A stretch of 61,968 nt of DNA, filler included, from Alphaproteobacteria bacterium (GTDB taxonomy: Bacteria > Pseudomonadota > Alphaproteobacteria > Caedimonadales > UBA9215), in NCBI GenBank assembly GCA_024280495.1. It is 5 parts of 5 records of this genome, joined end to end, with 100 filler letters (N's around TTAATTAATTAA, not from the genome) between each part and the next. Parts side by side here need not be neighbours in the genome. Positions count along the whole stretch, not along the records: positions 1 to 21,878 come from JAJRPZ010000015.1; positions 21,979 to 26,560 come from JAJRPZ010000017.1; positions 26,661 to 37,833 come from JAJRPZ010000018.1; 2 more parts are not named here. One strand, given 5' to 3'. Below the pieces are notes generated by a model, which worked only from the letters and a program-made list of their open reading frames with translations, was not told the DNA's origin and did no database searches. The position numbers were made by a program, and so were the translations under genes. Shown piece by piece: positions 21,279 to 30,900 of this stretch (position 1 is its first letter; each line of letters begins with the position of its first letter).

Positions 21279-21689
21279 ATGAATATAAAAACAATATCAG
21301 ACATTAACGTTGGCATGCAGGCGAGTGTTACCAGAATTATAACGGAAGCAGATATTATAAGTTTTTCTGAAATTTCTGGAGATAAAAACCCAATTCATTT
21401 AGATGAAGAATATGCTAAAAATTCTCGTTATAAAAAGCGCATAGCTCATGGCTTTATTTCCGCCTCTCTATTCTCTGGTTTATTTGGAACAAAACTGCCA
21501 GGTGAGGGGTGTGTTTATGCGGCACAATCACTGCGTTTTAAACGCGCTGTCTATATCGACGATGAGGTTACTGCTAGTATTACAGTTGAGAAGATAGATC
21601 TGAAGGCAAAAAAGGTATTTTTTACAACAGTTTGTAAGGTGAAAAATAAAGTCGTAATAAAAGGCGATGCTGAAATATTTATTCCTTAG
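21279..21689 (+). CDS. MaoC/PhaJ-like (R)-specific enoyl-CoA hydratase
   Basis: Hotdog hydratase motif SGDKNPIHLDEEYA...RIAHG, LPGEG, QSLRF. Confidence 0.92.
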   Translation: MNIKTISDINVGMQASVTRIITEADIISFSEISGDKNPIHLDEEYAKNSRYKKRIAHGFISASLFSGLFGTKLPGEGCVYAAQSLRFKRAVYIDDEVTASITVEKIDLKAKKVFFTTVCKVKNKVVIKGDAEIFIP

Positions 21690-21712
21690 TAACTATCTCT
21701 AGTTTTTTAAAA

Positions 21713-21878
21713 TATACCGATATTAAATGAAATTATGGCGGCTCTTCTGGGAAGTGTAATGAACTGAGTGATTTTAGTTGTTAGTTTGCGTTTAAAATGG
21801 CAGTTTTCCATTTGTTTTGCCATTCTTCAGTGCTATTCAAAGCTGCCCTGAGTTGTAGCAATGTAGGCCGAGTTATAG
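21713..21878. mobile_element. Stacked IS remnants: IS630-like end, ISL3 IR stub, ISKra4-like transposase tail
   Basis: ATACCGATATTAAATGAAATTAT (19/23 to the 20531 end); GGCTCTTCTG at 21740 (ISL3 IR start); minus-strand tail ...TLLQLRAALNSTEEWQNKWKTAILNAN* (stop 21781-21783). The contig ends inside it. Confidence 0.6.
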
Positions 21879-21978
21879 NNNNNNNNNNNNNNNNNNNNNN
21901 NNNNNNNNNNNNNNNNNNNNNNTTAATTAATTAANNNNNNNNNNNNNNNNNNNNNNNNNNNNNNNNNNNNNNNNNNNN
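21879..21978. other. Artificial contig linker
   Basis: N44-TTAATTAATTAA-N44 (stops in all frames). Confidence 0.98.
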
Positions 21979-21980
21979 CT

Positions 21981-22511
21981 TGGGGTGGATGTAAAGAAAT
22001 GCTTCGACGTTGGCTTTCAAAAGCTGGGCGTTTCGGCGGATCCATGGCAGCAGTAGGTAAGGTTTTTGAGATTGTGGGAACGGCGCAAGTTGCGAAATCA
22101 GCCAATGAAGCTTTGGCAATGAAATATTTAGATGAAGGGTCAACGTTTATTACCATGAATAAAGATCGATTACTCTCTGATGCTAAGGCAACAGCTTTGA
22201 AAATGGTTGCTGAAGGTTTTGTGGCTCCCGAAAAGGAAAAAATGTCTCTTCCTGGTGGTGCTGCAAAAGTTGCGATGTCGATGGCTGTTAAAGGGTTTGT
22301 GAAGGCTGGTAAAGCGTCTCCCTATGATGAGCAAATTGCAAAAAAACTTGCCGTTATTTTAAGTGGTGGGGATACGGACCCAACGGATACGGAAGACGAA
22401 GATTATATTCTTCAACTTGAGCGTACGGCCTTTATGGCCTTAATCAAGGACCCTCGTACCATGGCGCGTATGGAAAGCATTTTAACAACAGGTAAACCTC
22501 TGCGGAACTAG
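21981..22511 (+). CDS. 3-hydroxyacyl-CoA dehydrogenase/enoyl-CoA hydratase (FadN-like), C-terminal part
   Basis: WGGCKEMLRRW, AQVAKSANEA, ITMNKDRLLSDAK, LERTAF...TGKPLRN. The 5' end is cut by the contig edge. Confidence 0.88.
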   Translation, partial: WGGCKEMLRRWLSKAGRFGGSMAAVGKVFEIVGTAQVAKSANEALAMKYLDEGSTFITMNKDRLLSDAKATALKMVAEGFVAPEKEKMSLPGGAAKVAMSMAVKGFVKAGKASPYDEQIAKKLAVILSGGDTDPTDTEDEDYILQLERTAFMALIKDPRTMARMESILTTGKPLRN

Positions 22512-22562
22512 GATCTTGAAAAAAAAGAACCTTGCATAGGAAACGAAAAAAAGGAATTTAAT

Positions 22563-24395
22563 ATGCCTATTTATAAAGCCCCCATTCGCGATATTAGTTT
22601 TGCCAGTCGTGAGGTCTTTGATTTTGGTACCATCAAAGCTCTTCCAGGTTGTTCTGACATGACAGATGACTTGGTTGATGCCGTATTTCAAGAAGCCGCA
22701 CGTTTTTGTGAAAATGAACTTTTCCCCCTTAATCAATCAGGGGACCAGGAAGGTTGCCAATGGAAAAATGGTGAGGTCACAACCCCTAAAGGCTTTAAAA
22801 ATGCCTATGATAAATTTGTTGAAGGGGGATGGACATCGGTTTCATCTGATCCTAAATATGGTGGACAGGGTCTTCCCGATTCTTTGGAATTTATTCTGGA
22901 AGAAATGATTTGTTCGTCAAATTTATCTTTTAGTTTGTATCCAGGTTTAACTCGGGGGGCATATACGGCTATTCATGCCCATGGGGCCGAAGATATTAAA
23001 CAAAAATTCTTGCCCAAAATGATCGATGGAACATGGGGGGGAACCATGAACCTAACGGAGCCACAGTGTGGAACTGACCTTGGTCTTTTGCGCACAAAGG
23101 CAGTGCCTCAAAAAGATGGATCCTATGAAATTACAGGAAATAAAATTTGGATTTCATCGGGTGAACATGACTTAACTGAAAATATTATTCATTTGGTTCT
23201 TGCAAAAACCCCAACTGCACCTGAGGGTGTTAAAGGCATCAGTCTTTTTGTTGTCCCTAAATTTATGGTCAATGATGATGGGTCCCTTGGCGATCGTAAT
23301 AAATTACAATGCACGTCCCTTGAACATAAAATGGGCATTCATGCGTCTCCTTCTTGTGCCATGAGTTTTGATGGTGCGAAAGGGTGGCTTGTTGGCAAAG
23401 AAAATGCAGGGCTTTCCTATATGTTTACCATGATGAACAACGAACGCATTGGTGTCGGCCTTCAAGGTCTTGGTATCAGCGAAGTTTCTTATCAAAATGC
23501 AGTGGTTTACGCTCGCGAACGCCTTCAAGGTCGCTCTCTTTCTGGAGTGAAGCACCCTAAAAAGCCAGCAGATCCTATTATTGTGCATCCTGATATACGT
23601 CGTATGCTTATGACAATGAAATCCTACATTGAAGGGTGTCGCATGATGGGAGTTTGGATTGGTCAAGAGGTTGATATTTCTCAAAAGCACCCTGAAAAAG
23701 AAGAACGTCAACGGGCCGATGATTTCGTCCAATTGATGACCCCTGTTGTTAAGGCATTTTTTACGGATATGGCCTTTGAAAATACCAATCATGCTCTTCA
23801 AATTCATGGTGGTTATGGCTATACGCAAGATTTCGGTGTAGAGCAATATGTGCGTGATGCTAGAATTACGCAAATTTATGAAGGCACTAATGGTATTCAG
23901 GGGCTTGATCTCGTTGGTCGTAAACTTGGCATGCATATGGGACGCTTATTACGCCGTTTCTTCCACCCTGTTCAAGAATTTATCAAGGAGCACGAGGACA
24001 ATGAAGATCTTGCAGAATTTGTTGGGCCCCTTGCAAAATCCTTTGACCGCTTGCAGCGCGCTGCTCTGACTGTTGCGCAAAAAGGTATGGCTAATCCCGA
24101 AGAAGCAGGGGCAGCCTCTACGGACTTCTTGTCTCTTTTTGGTCATACGGCCCTTGCTTATCTTTGGACCAGAGCGGTTATTGTTTCTAAACCAAATGAG
24201 AACGGTTCTGAATCTTTATTTTATAAAGGTAAAATCGATACGGCACGTTTTTATATGCAAAAGATTCTACCTCGAACATCTACGCTTTTTGCCACAATAA
24301 TGGCTGGTAAAAAAACATTGATGGATATTGATGAGGAAGCTTTTGGCCCCTTTGATTTTTCTGGGTTTTCCCAAGAAATAACCCGCGCGTCTTGA
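22563..24395 (+). CDS. Acyl-CoA dehydrogenase (600-aa MmgC/DmdC-like type)
   Basis: GTMNLTEPQCGTDLG, EHKMGIHASPSC, MFTMMNNERIGVG, QIYEGTNGIQGLDL. Confidence 0.95.
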   Translation: MPIYKAPIRDISFASREVFDFGTIKALPGCSDMTDDLVDAVFQEAARFCENELFPLNQSGDQEGCQWKNGEVTTPKGFKNAYDKFVEGGWTSVSSDPKYGGQGLPDSLEFILEEMICSSNLSFSLYPGLTRGAYTAIHAHGAEDIKQKFLPKMIDGTWGGTMNLTEPQCGTDLGLLRTKAVPQKDGSYEITGNKIWISSGEHDLTENIIHLVLAKTPTAPEGVKGISLFVVPKFMVNDDGSLGDRNKLQCTSLEHKMGIHASPSCAMSFDGAKGWLVGKENAGLSYMFTMMNNERIGVGLQGLGISEVSYQNAVVYARERLQGRSLSGVKHPKKPADPIIVHPDIRRMLMTMKSYIEGCRMMGVWIGQEVDISQKHPEKEERQRADDFVQLMTPVVKAFFTDMAFENTNHALQIHGGYGYTQDFGVEQYVRDARITQIYEGTNGIQGLDLVGRKLGMHMGRLLRRFFHPVQEFIKEHEDNEDLAEFVGPLAKSFDRLQRAALTVAQKGMANPEEAGAASTDFLSLFGHTALAYLWTRAVIVSKPNENGSESLFYKGKIDTARFYMQKILPRTSTLFATIMAGKKTLMDIDEEAFGPFDFSGFSQEITRAS

Positions 24396-24412
24396 GGTAT
24401 TGTTCATAAAAT

Positions 24413-24438
24413 AAAAGGGGCTTTGGCCTTCTTTTTTT
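24413..24438 (+). terminator. Weak hairpin plus U-tract
   Basis: AAAAGGGGCTTTGGCCTTCTTTTTTT after the acyl-CoA dehydrogenase stop. Confidence 0.45.
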
Positions 24439-24468
24439 CAAGGCAGGACATTAAAAAAAAGGAAGCAT

Positions 24469-25023
24469 ATGAATCTTTTAATTCGTCTGATGCGTATTGT
24501 TATCCATGCTTTTTTTCGTCCTAAACTATCCCTTAGAGAGCGGTCTATCACGACATTTCGTGTGAGAATTTTTGATCTTGATATTAATCGACATATGACC
24601 AATTCTAGATATCTTAGCATGATGGATTTGGGACGAACGGACCTGTTAATCCGTACTGGACTTGCCAAAATTGTATGGAAAAACAAATGGAGCCCTGTTT
24701 TAGGCTCTACGAATATTAGGTGGCGGAAAAGTCTTTTATTATTTCAAAAATATGAAATTCATACGGAAATTGCTGGGTGGGATGATAAATGGTTTTACCT
24801 AGAACAAAAAGCTATTTATAAAGGCCGTATCGTTGCCCATGCCTTGCAAAAAGCCATTTTTGTCGGCAAAAGAGGTGCAATTCCAGCTCTAGAAATAGTT
24901 GCTTTATTTCAAGATAAATATGGTCCCATGAAAGGTGGACAGGTTTCTCAAGCTATCATAACGTGGCAAAAATCCGAAGAGTTTATGCGTCAAGATATTC
25001 AAAATGAAGAAAAGAATATATAA
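24469..25023 (+). CDS. Hotdog-fold thioesterase family protein
   Basis: DLDINRHMTNSRYLSMMDLGR, GWDDKWFYLEQ. Confidence 0.88.
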   Translation: MNLLIRLMRIVIHAFFRPKLSLRERSITTFRVRIFDLDINRHMTNSRYLSMMDLGRTDLLIRTGLAKIVWKNKWSPVLGSTNIRWRKSLLLFQKYEIHTEIAGWDDKWFYLEQKAIYKGRIVAHALQKAIFVGKRGAIPALEIVALFQDKYGPMKGGQVSQAIITWQKSEEFMRQDIQNEEKNI

Positions 25024-25054
25024 GTCTATAGTCATTTAGGGAGAATACAAAAAC

Positions 25055-25879
25055 ATGAGTACATTAAAAAATAAAGTTATTTTCATTACGGGTGGCTCAC
25101 GGGGAATTGGTGAATCCATTGCCTTACGTGCCGCAAAAGATGGTGCTAAGATTGTTATTGCTTCAAAAACAAGTGAACCTCACCCTAAACTCCCTGGTAC
25201 TATTTATTCCGTTGCTCAAGCCATTGATGATGCAGGCGGAGAAGCCCTTCCCATTCAAATGGATTTGCGTGACGATGAGTCACTTGCAGCCGCCATTGAA
25301 AAAACCATCAAAACTTTTGGTGGCATTGATATTCTTATCAATAATGCCAGCGCCATTCAGTTGACGGGTACGAGAGGAACACCCATGAAAAAGTTTGACC
25401 TCATGCATTCCGTTAATGTACGGGGGACTTTTGCCGCGTCTCAAGCTTGCTTACCTCATTTGATAAAAGCTAAAAACCCACATATTTTAACGCTATCTCC
25501 CCCCTTGAATATGGATAAAAAATGGTTTGAAAATCATTGTGCCTACACCATGTCAAAATATGGCATGAGCATGTGTACCCTGGGGATGGCAGAAGAGTTT
25601 AAAGACAAGGGGATTGCCGTAAATTCATTGTGGCCTCAAACGACAATCGCAACGGCAGCAGTGAATATGTTGGGTGGAGAAGCCCTCATGCAATCATCGA
25701 GAACCCCTGAAATTGTTTCTGATGCGGCTCATCATATTTTAACCCAACGGAGTGAAAAGTGCACGGGTAACTTTTTTATTGATGAGGAAATTCTTTTGAA
25801 AAAGGACCCCAGTATTGACCTCGAAAAATATGTCGTGTCTCCTGGTAAATCGTTGATTCCAGATTTTTTCTTGGATTAA
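25055..25879 (+). CDS. SDR oxidoreductase, HSDL2-like
   Basis: ITGGSRGIG, KTSEPHPKLPGTIY, NNASAI, YTMSKYGMS, NSLWP. Confidence 0.92.
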   Translation: MSTLKNKVIFITGGSRGIGESIALRAAKDGAKIVIASKTSEPHPKLPGTIYSVAQAIDDAGGEALPIQMDLRDDESLAAAIEKTIKTFGGIDILINNASAIQLTGTRGTPMKKFDLMHSVNVRGTFAASQACLPHLIKAKNPHILTLSPPLNMDKKWFENHCAYTMSKYGMSMCTLGMAEEFKDKGIAVNSLWPQTTIATAAVNMLGGEALMQSSRTPEIVSDAAHHILTQRSEKCTGNFFIDEEILLKKDPSIDLEKYVVSPGKSLIPDFFLD

Positions 25880-25987
25880 AACTTCACTCTATGGTCAGGA
25901 ACCCTTTGGACTCTGATAAAATTCTGGGAAATACTCTCCCAGAATAATTATATTGTCATTCCAAAAAGGTTCTATATTGGTTTAATT

Positions 25988-26350
25988 TTAACCGAATAAC
26001 TTACTAATGAACCCATAAACTTTTTTTCCAATTCCGTAGGCTTTTTCTGCAATATCCGCAACTATAGTCCAAGTTTTTTCAATTGTTTGTCTAAGAGTGA
26101 GTTCTTCCTCTTCTTCTTCCACTCCTTTGATAGAATCAGTTGTTGTTAACGAGGTGGCGGTATCTACTTCACCTTCTTCGTCTGTTTTGTTAACGTCTTC
26201 TTCAACGGTTACAACTGGGGTGACTGCAATTGCATGTGAAGTATCTCCGTCTCCATCCTCTGCTTCCATTGTGGGGGAAGTCATGCTTGTTGTTGGCGTG
26301 ATGGAAAGTGCAGTTGCAAATATGATTGCATAAAATGATGTCATTTTCAT
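25988..26350 (-). CDS. Small secreted protein: acidic region plus C-terminal amphipathic helix
   Basis: 120 aa with AAGGA RBS, signal peptide, D/E/T-rich middle and C-terminal ...AYGIGKKVYGFISKLFG. Confidence 0.75.
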   Translation of the reverse strand: MKMTSFYAIIFATALSITPTTSMTSPTMEAEDGDGDTSHAIAVTPVVTVEEDVNKTDEEGEVDTATSLTTTDSIKGVEEEEEELTLRQTIEKTWTIVADIAEKAYGIGKKVYGFISKLFG

Positions 26351-26418
26351 AGTATAGTTTCCTTTTTATTGGTAGTTTTATTATAACTATAAAAAGTTAA
26401 AAAATCGTAATATATACC

Positions 26419-26560
26419 GACGCCGTTTCAGAAATGAAGTGCGTCATTTTGAGGAAGTGAAAAGTCAGGTATTCGTCTAAACTCTACGTTGGAAAACAAT
26501 GGAGAATAGAATGCCCAAAGGCTACAAACACCTGACCTACGCCCAAAGATGCCAGATCCC
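26419..26560 (+). mobile_element. IS30-family element left end with transposase N-terminus (truncated by contig end)
   Basis: ATG 26511 with GGAGA RBS starts MPKGYKHLTYAQRCQI, an IS30 HTH start. Upstream TTTCAGAAATGAAGTGC resembles IS30 IRs. The left boundary is approximate. Confidence 0.78.
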
Positions 26561-26660
26561 NNNNNNNNNNNNNNNNNNNNNNNNNNNNNNNNNNNNNNNN
26601 NNNNTTAATTAATTAANNNNNNNNNNNNNNNNNNNNNNNNNNNNNNNNNNNNNNNNNNNN
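26561..26660. other. Artificial contig linker
   Basis: N44-TTAATTAATTAA-N44. Confidence 0.98.
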
Positions 26661-26820
26661 CTGCAAAAGTTTCGGTCATAAATTTCGGTTTGCCCATATC
26701 CAAATGTTTTAAAATACGGGGGCCAAAATCAGTTTTATTTACAATGAATTTTGGAAGGTATCTAATAGACAAGATCAAAATAGCAAGGATGATTAAGGTA
26801 TAAAGTATTTTTTTGATCAT
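26661..26820 (-). CDS. Hypothetical membrane-anchored protein, N-terminal fragment
   Basis: MIKKILYTLIILAILILSIRYLP... runs into the gap. Confidence 0.55.
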
Positions 26821-26880
26821 TAGAGGGGCTCTTTTGATTGTTAATTTTTCTGATTAAAAGGTAAATAACTTTTTGGAAAA

Positions 26881-26956
26881 TGGCTCCCCGGGACGGGCTC
26901 GAACCGCCGACCCAATGATTAACAGTCATTTGCTCTACCAACTGAGCTACCGGGGA
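26881..26956 (-). tRNA. tRNA-Asn(GTT)
   Basis: TCCCCGGTAGCTCAGTTGGTAGAGCAAATGACT-GTT-AATCATTGGGTCGGCGGTTCGAGCCCGTCCCGGGGAGCCA. Confidence 0.97.
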
Positions 26957-27037
26957 GTGGAAAACGTTTAAAACGTCATCAACATTATCTTAATAGCAAA
27001 AAGATATGTTTTTGAAAAGGTCTAATTTAAAATTAAG

Positions 27038-27111
27038 TGGAGGCCGGGACCGGAATCGAACCGATGTTCAAGGATTTGCAGTCCTCTGCATAACCACTCT
27101 GCCACCCGGCC
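27038..27111 (-). tRNA. tRNA-Cys(GCA)
   Basis: GGCCGGGTGGCAGAGTGGTTATGCAGAGGACT-GCA-AATCCTTGAACATCGGTTCGATTCCGGTCCCGGCCTCCA. Confidence 0.97.
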
Positions 27112-27163
27112 ACTTAATTTATATAAATCTTTTCACAATTTTTGCTCATAAGATATTTAGAAT

Positions 27164-27784
27164 CTAACCATTTGAGCGGTTTTGGTCAATGTTCTTTTTT
27201 TCTTTTTTGCGTTTAAAGTAAAAAAAAGTGGCTGTGGCTGCGATGATGAGAATAATGCTGCTGATGGTAATCTTTTGAAATTTGATGGCTTGGTCAATGG
27301 CATATTCAATTTCATCGGCAAAGAAATAACCAAGAAGATAGCCAGCGGAGCAGCTGAGTACGGACCAAATGGCCGCAGCAATGAGATTTAAAATGGCAAA
27401 ACGTTTAACGGCAATGCCACTGGCGCCAATGACAAAGGGGCTGACGGTACGGATGCCATAAATAAAGCGAAATCCCAGGATAAACCACAAGTTATAACGG
27501 TGAAGTAAAGAGAAGGCTTTATCGGCTTTTTCTTTGAGATTGGGTTTGCGCTGTAAGAGTGCAGGGCCGTAAATGCGCCCGAGAAAGAATAAAAGCTGAT
27601 CCGCACAAAGGGATCCAGCAAAGGCAATGAACATAATAAGGGGAAGGCTTAAATAGCCTTTATAGGCAAAAAATCCAGCAGTTAAGACAACGGATTCTCC
27701 TTCCACAAAGGATCCAAGAAGAAGAATGAGGTAGCCAGCGGTTGGCCCATATTCGATTAAGAGTTGTTCCACAAAAAAATCCAT
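27164..27784 (-). CDS. DedA family membrane protein
   Basis: GSFVEGESVVLTAGF, DQLLFFLGR, FRFIYGIRTVSPFVIG. Confidence 0.92.
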   Translation of the reverse strand: MDFFVEQLLIEYGPTAGYLILLLGSFVEGESVVLTAGFFAYKGYLSLPLIMFIAFAGSLCADQLLFFLGRIYGPALLQRKPNLKEKADKAFSLLHRYNLWFILGFRFIYGIRTVSPFVIGASGIAVKRFAILNLIAAAIWSVLSCSAGYLLGYFFADEIEYAIDQAIKFQKITISSIILIIAATATFFYFKRKKEKKNIDQNRSNG

Positions 27785-27935
27785 GAGGGGTAAAGTTTAT
27801 CTGCCTTTTTATTTTGTAGCGAATTTTTGATTGTTTTGCAATTTTTTGATTGTTTTTAGGTGATATTTTTAGGGATATTTGTTGAATTATGATATGAATT
27901 GAAAAGAGAAAACCTTACCTTTTTTGATTTCTAAG

Positions 27936-30900
27936 ATGACAAAAGCAGAATCTGCGCATTTACCTCATAATTTTATCCACCTCAAGGTTCACTCTAGCTA
28001 TTCTTTGGCGGAGGGGGCTATTAAGCTTTCGGATCTTTTATCCCATTGTCAGGACGAGTTTATTCCTGCCGTTGCCGTGACGGATACCAGCAATGTCTTT
28101 GGTGCCATGGATTTTTGTTTGAGTGCCGTTAAATGTGGTCTTCAATCTATTATTGGCGCTAAAATTCTTGTGAAATCCCCCTTTAAGCCCAAACGTGTGA
28201 GTTTGGGAACAGAAATTCGTCCCGTTTTTCATGAGCTTGTTCTCCTTGCAAAATCAGAACTTGGCTATAAGAATCTTATTAAGTTGATTTCAAGGGCCTT
28301 TTTGCTGCATCCAGATCATCATCTGCCCTATGTTATCTTTGACCAGTTGGAAGAATTGTCCCTTGACCTTATCTGTTTGACAGGGGGGATTAAGGGGGGG
28401 GTTGCTGATTATTTATTGAAAAAAGAAACGGCTAATTCAAAAACATATTTCGAAAAACTGAAATCTTTTTATGGCGATAATCTCTATATGGAGGTTCATC
28501 GTTTTGGGATTCCAGGAGAAGTTGAAACGGAAGATGATCTTGTGCAGATGGCCTATGATCAGGGCGTACCTTTGGTTGCGACCAACGAAGCTTTTTTTAT
28601 TCATAAAGATCAATATACGGCCCATGATGCGCTGTCCTGTATTGCGCAAGGATCTTATGTGTATGACCCTGAACGCCCACGCCTAACACCCAATCATCGG
28701 TTTAAAAGTGTCTCTGAGATGGTTGAGCTTTTTAAAGATTTACCTGAAGCCATTGAAAATACCGTACGGATTGCAAAGCGTTGCCACTTTGTTTTGGAAC
28801 CTTTACCACCAGCCTTGCCTCCCTTTAAAACAGAACGTGGAGAAAATGAGGAGCTTCGAATCCAAGGGGAAAAGGGCCTTGATTACCGTCTTGAACGTCA
28901 AGTTTATGGACAAAATATGACTGATGCAGAAAAGGGGGGAATCCGCAAAACCTACTTTGATCGTCTTAAATTTGAAATTGATATTATTCACCGTATGGGG
29001 TATTCGGGTTACTATCTCATCGTTGCTGAATTTATAAAATGGGCAAAAGATCAATCTATTCCCGTGGGGCCAGGCCGTGGATCAGGGGCAGGATCCCTTG
29101 TGGCATGGGCATTAACTATTACGGATGTTGATCCCATTGAATTGAACTTACTGTTCGAACGTTTTTTAAATCCTGAACGTATTTCCATGCCCGACTTTGA
29201 TATTGATTTTTGCCAGGATCGTCGGGATGAAGTGATTCAGCATGTGTGTGATGAGTATGGTGCCGATAAAGTTGCGCAAATTATTACCTTTGGAAAACTG
29301 CAAGCAAAAGCCGTGATTCGGGATACAGGCCGTGTGCTCGGCATGCCCTATGGTCAGGTCGATCGTATTTCAAAATTGATTCCTACTAATCCAGCCAGTC
29401 CTGTAACATTAACGGAAGCACTGGAGCAAGTACCAGAACTCCATGATGAAATTAACGGCGATGAAAAAACCAAAGAGCTTTTTAATATCGCCCTTCAACT
29501 GGAAGGTCTTTATCGCCATGCTTCCACCCATGCGGCGGGTGTTGTGATTGCGGGAGAACCCCTTGAGAATATAGTGGCTCTTTATAAAGATGAAAATTCT
29601 GCCTTGCCAGCAACGCAATTTAATATGAAATTTGTTGAACTTTGTAGTTTGGTGAAGTTTGACTTTTTGGGTTTAAAAACCTTATCGGTTATGCAGGGTG
29701 CCGTTGACCTTGTCAAAGAACATCAGAACATTGAAATCATCATGCCAGAAATTCCTTTGGATGATAAAAATACCTTTGACCTTCTTCAGAGCGTTGAAAC
29801 AGTTGGTGTCTTCCAATTGGAGAGTACGGGAATGCGGGAAGTTATCCGCAAACTTAAACCGACACAGTTCGAAGAAGTTATCGCCCTTGTAGCTTTATAC
29901 CGTCCTGGTCCCATGGATGATATTCCACGCTATGTGGCGTGTCGACATGGTGAACAAGAAATTACTTATCTTCACCCCATGCTAGAACCTATTTTGAAAG
30001 AAACATACGGCGTTATGGTTTACCAAGAGCAAGTGATGCAAATTGCTCAACAATTGGCGGGGTATAGCCTTGGGCAAGCTGACTTATTACGTCGCGCCAT
30101 GGGTAAAAAAATCAAAGCAGAAATGGATATGCAACGTGATATTTTTACGGAAGGGTGTCTAAAACATAACAAAATTCCAGGGACAACGGCCAACCGTATT
30201 TTCGATGCCATGGCTAAGTTTGCAAGCTATGGATTTAACAAATGTCACTCGGCACCTTATGGTTTAATTGCGTATCAAACGGCGTATTTAAAAGCTAATT
30301 ACCCCGTTGAATTTACCGCATCCACCATGAACTATGATCTTCAAAATACCGATAAGCTTTGTATTGGACGTGAAGAACTCATTCGCATGAAGATCCCTTT
30401 GTTGATGCCTGATGTGAATAAATCTTTTGCTAAATTCACCGTAGAAAAATGCGACCTGAGTGACTCAATGAGAAAAAAAGGCACTTCTGAATTTGGCGTG
30501 CGGTATGCTTTGGCAGCCCTTAAAAACGTAGGTGAATCTGCTATCCGTTTGATGGTCAAGGAGCGCGAAGAAAATGGCCTTTATACGGGGCTTATTGATT
30601 TTACACGGCGCTTGGATAGTAAGGCGGTTAATAAACGTATGCTTGAAAATCTCATTAGTTCAGGCGCCTTTGATTCAATTGAGAGTAATCGTGCAAAATT
30701 ATTTGCTAATATTGACTCTGCCATCAAGAATGTGGGAGAAAAAGCAGCACAATTGGCAAGTGATCAGCAGTCCCTTTTTGGAGGAGGAGGTGCAGAATCC
30801 GTTTCCCTTCCCGAAGTTTCGTTGATAGAGGCCAGAGCATGGGGACGTGCAGAAAAAGCCCAACATGAATTTGATGCCATCGGTTTTTACTTGAGTGAGC

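Noticed and set aside
21279..25879. MaoC plus beta-oxidation genes as one PHA/fatty-acid operon
   Set aside because: They are separated by a contig linker, so the adjacency is not real evidence.
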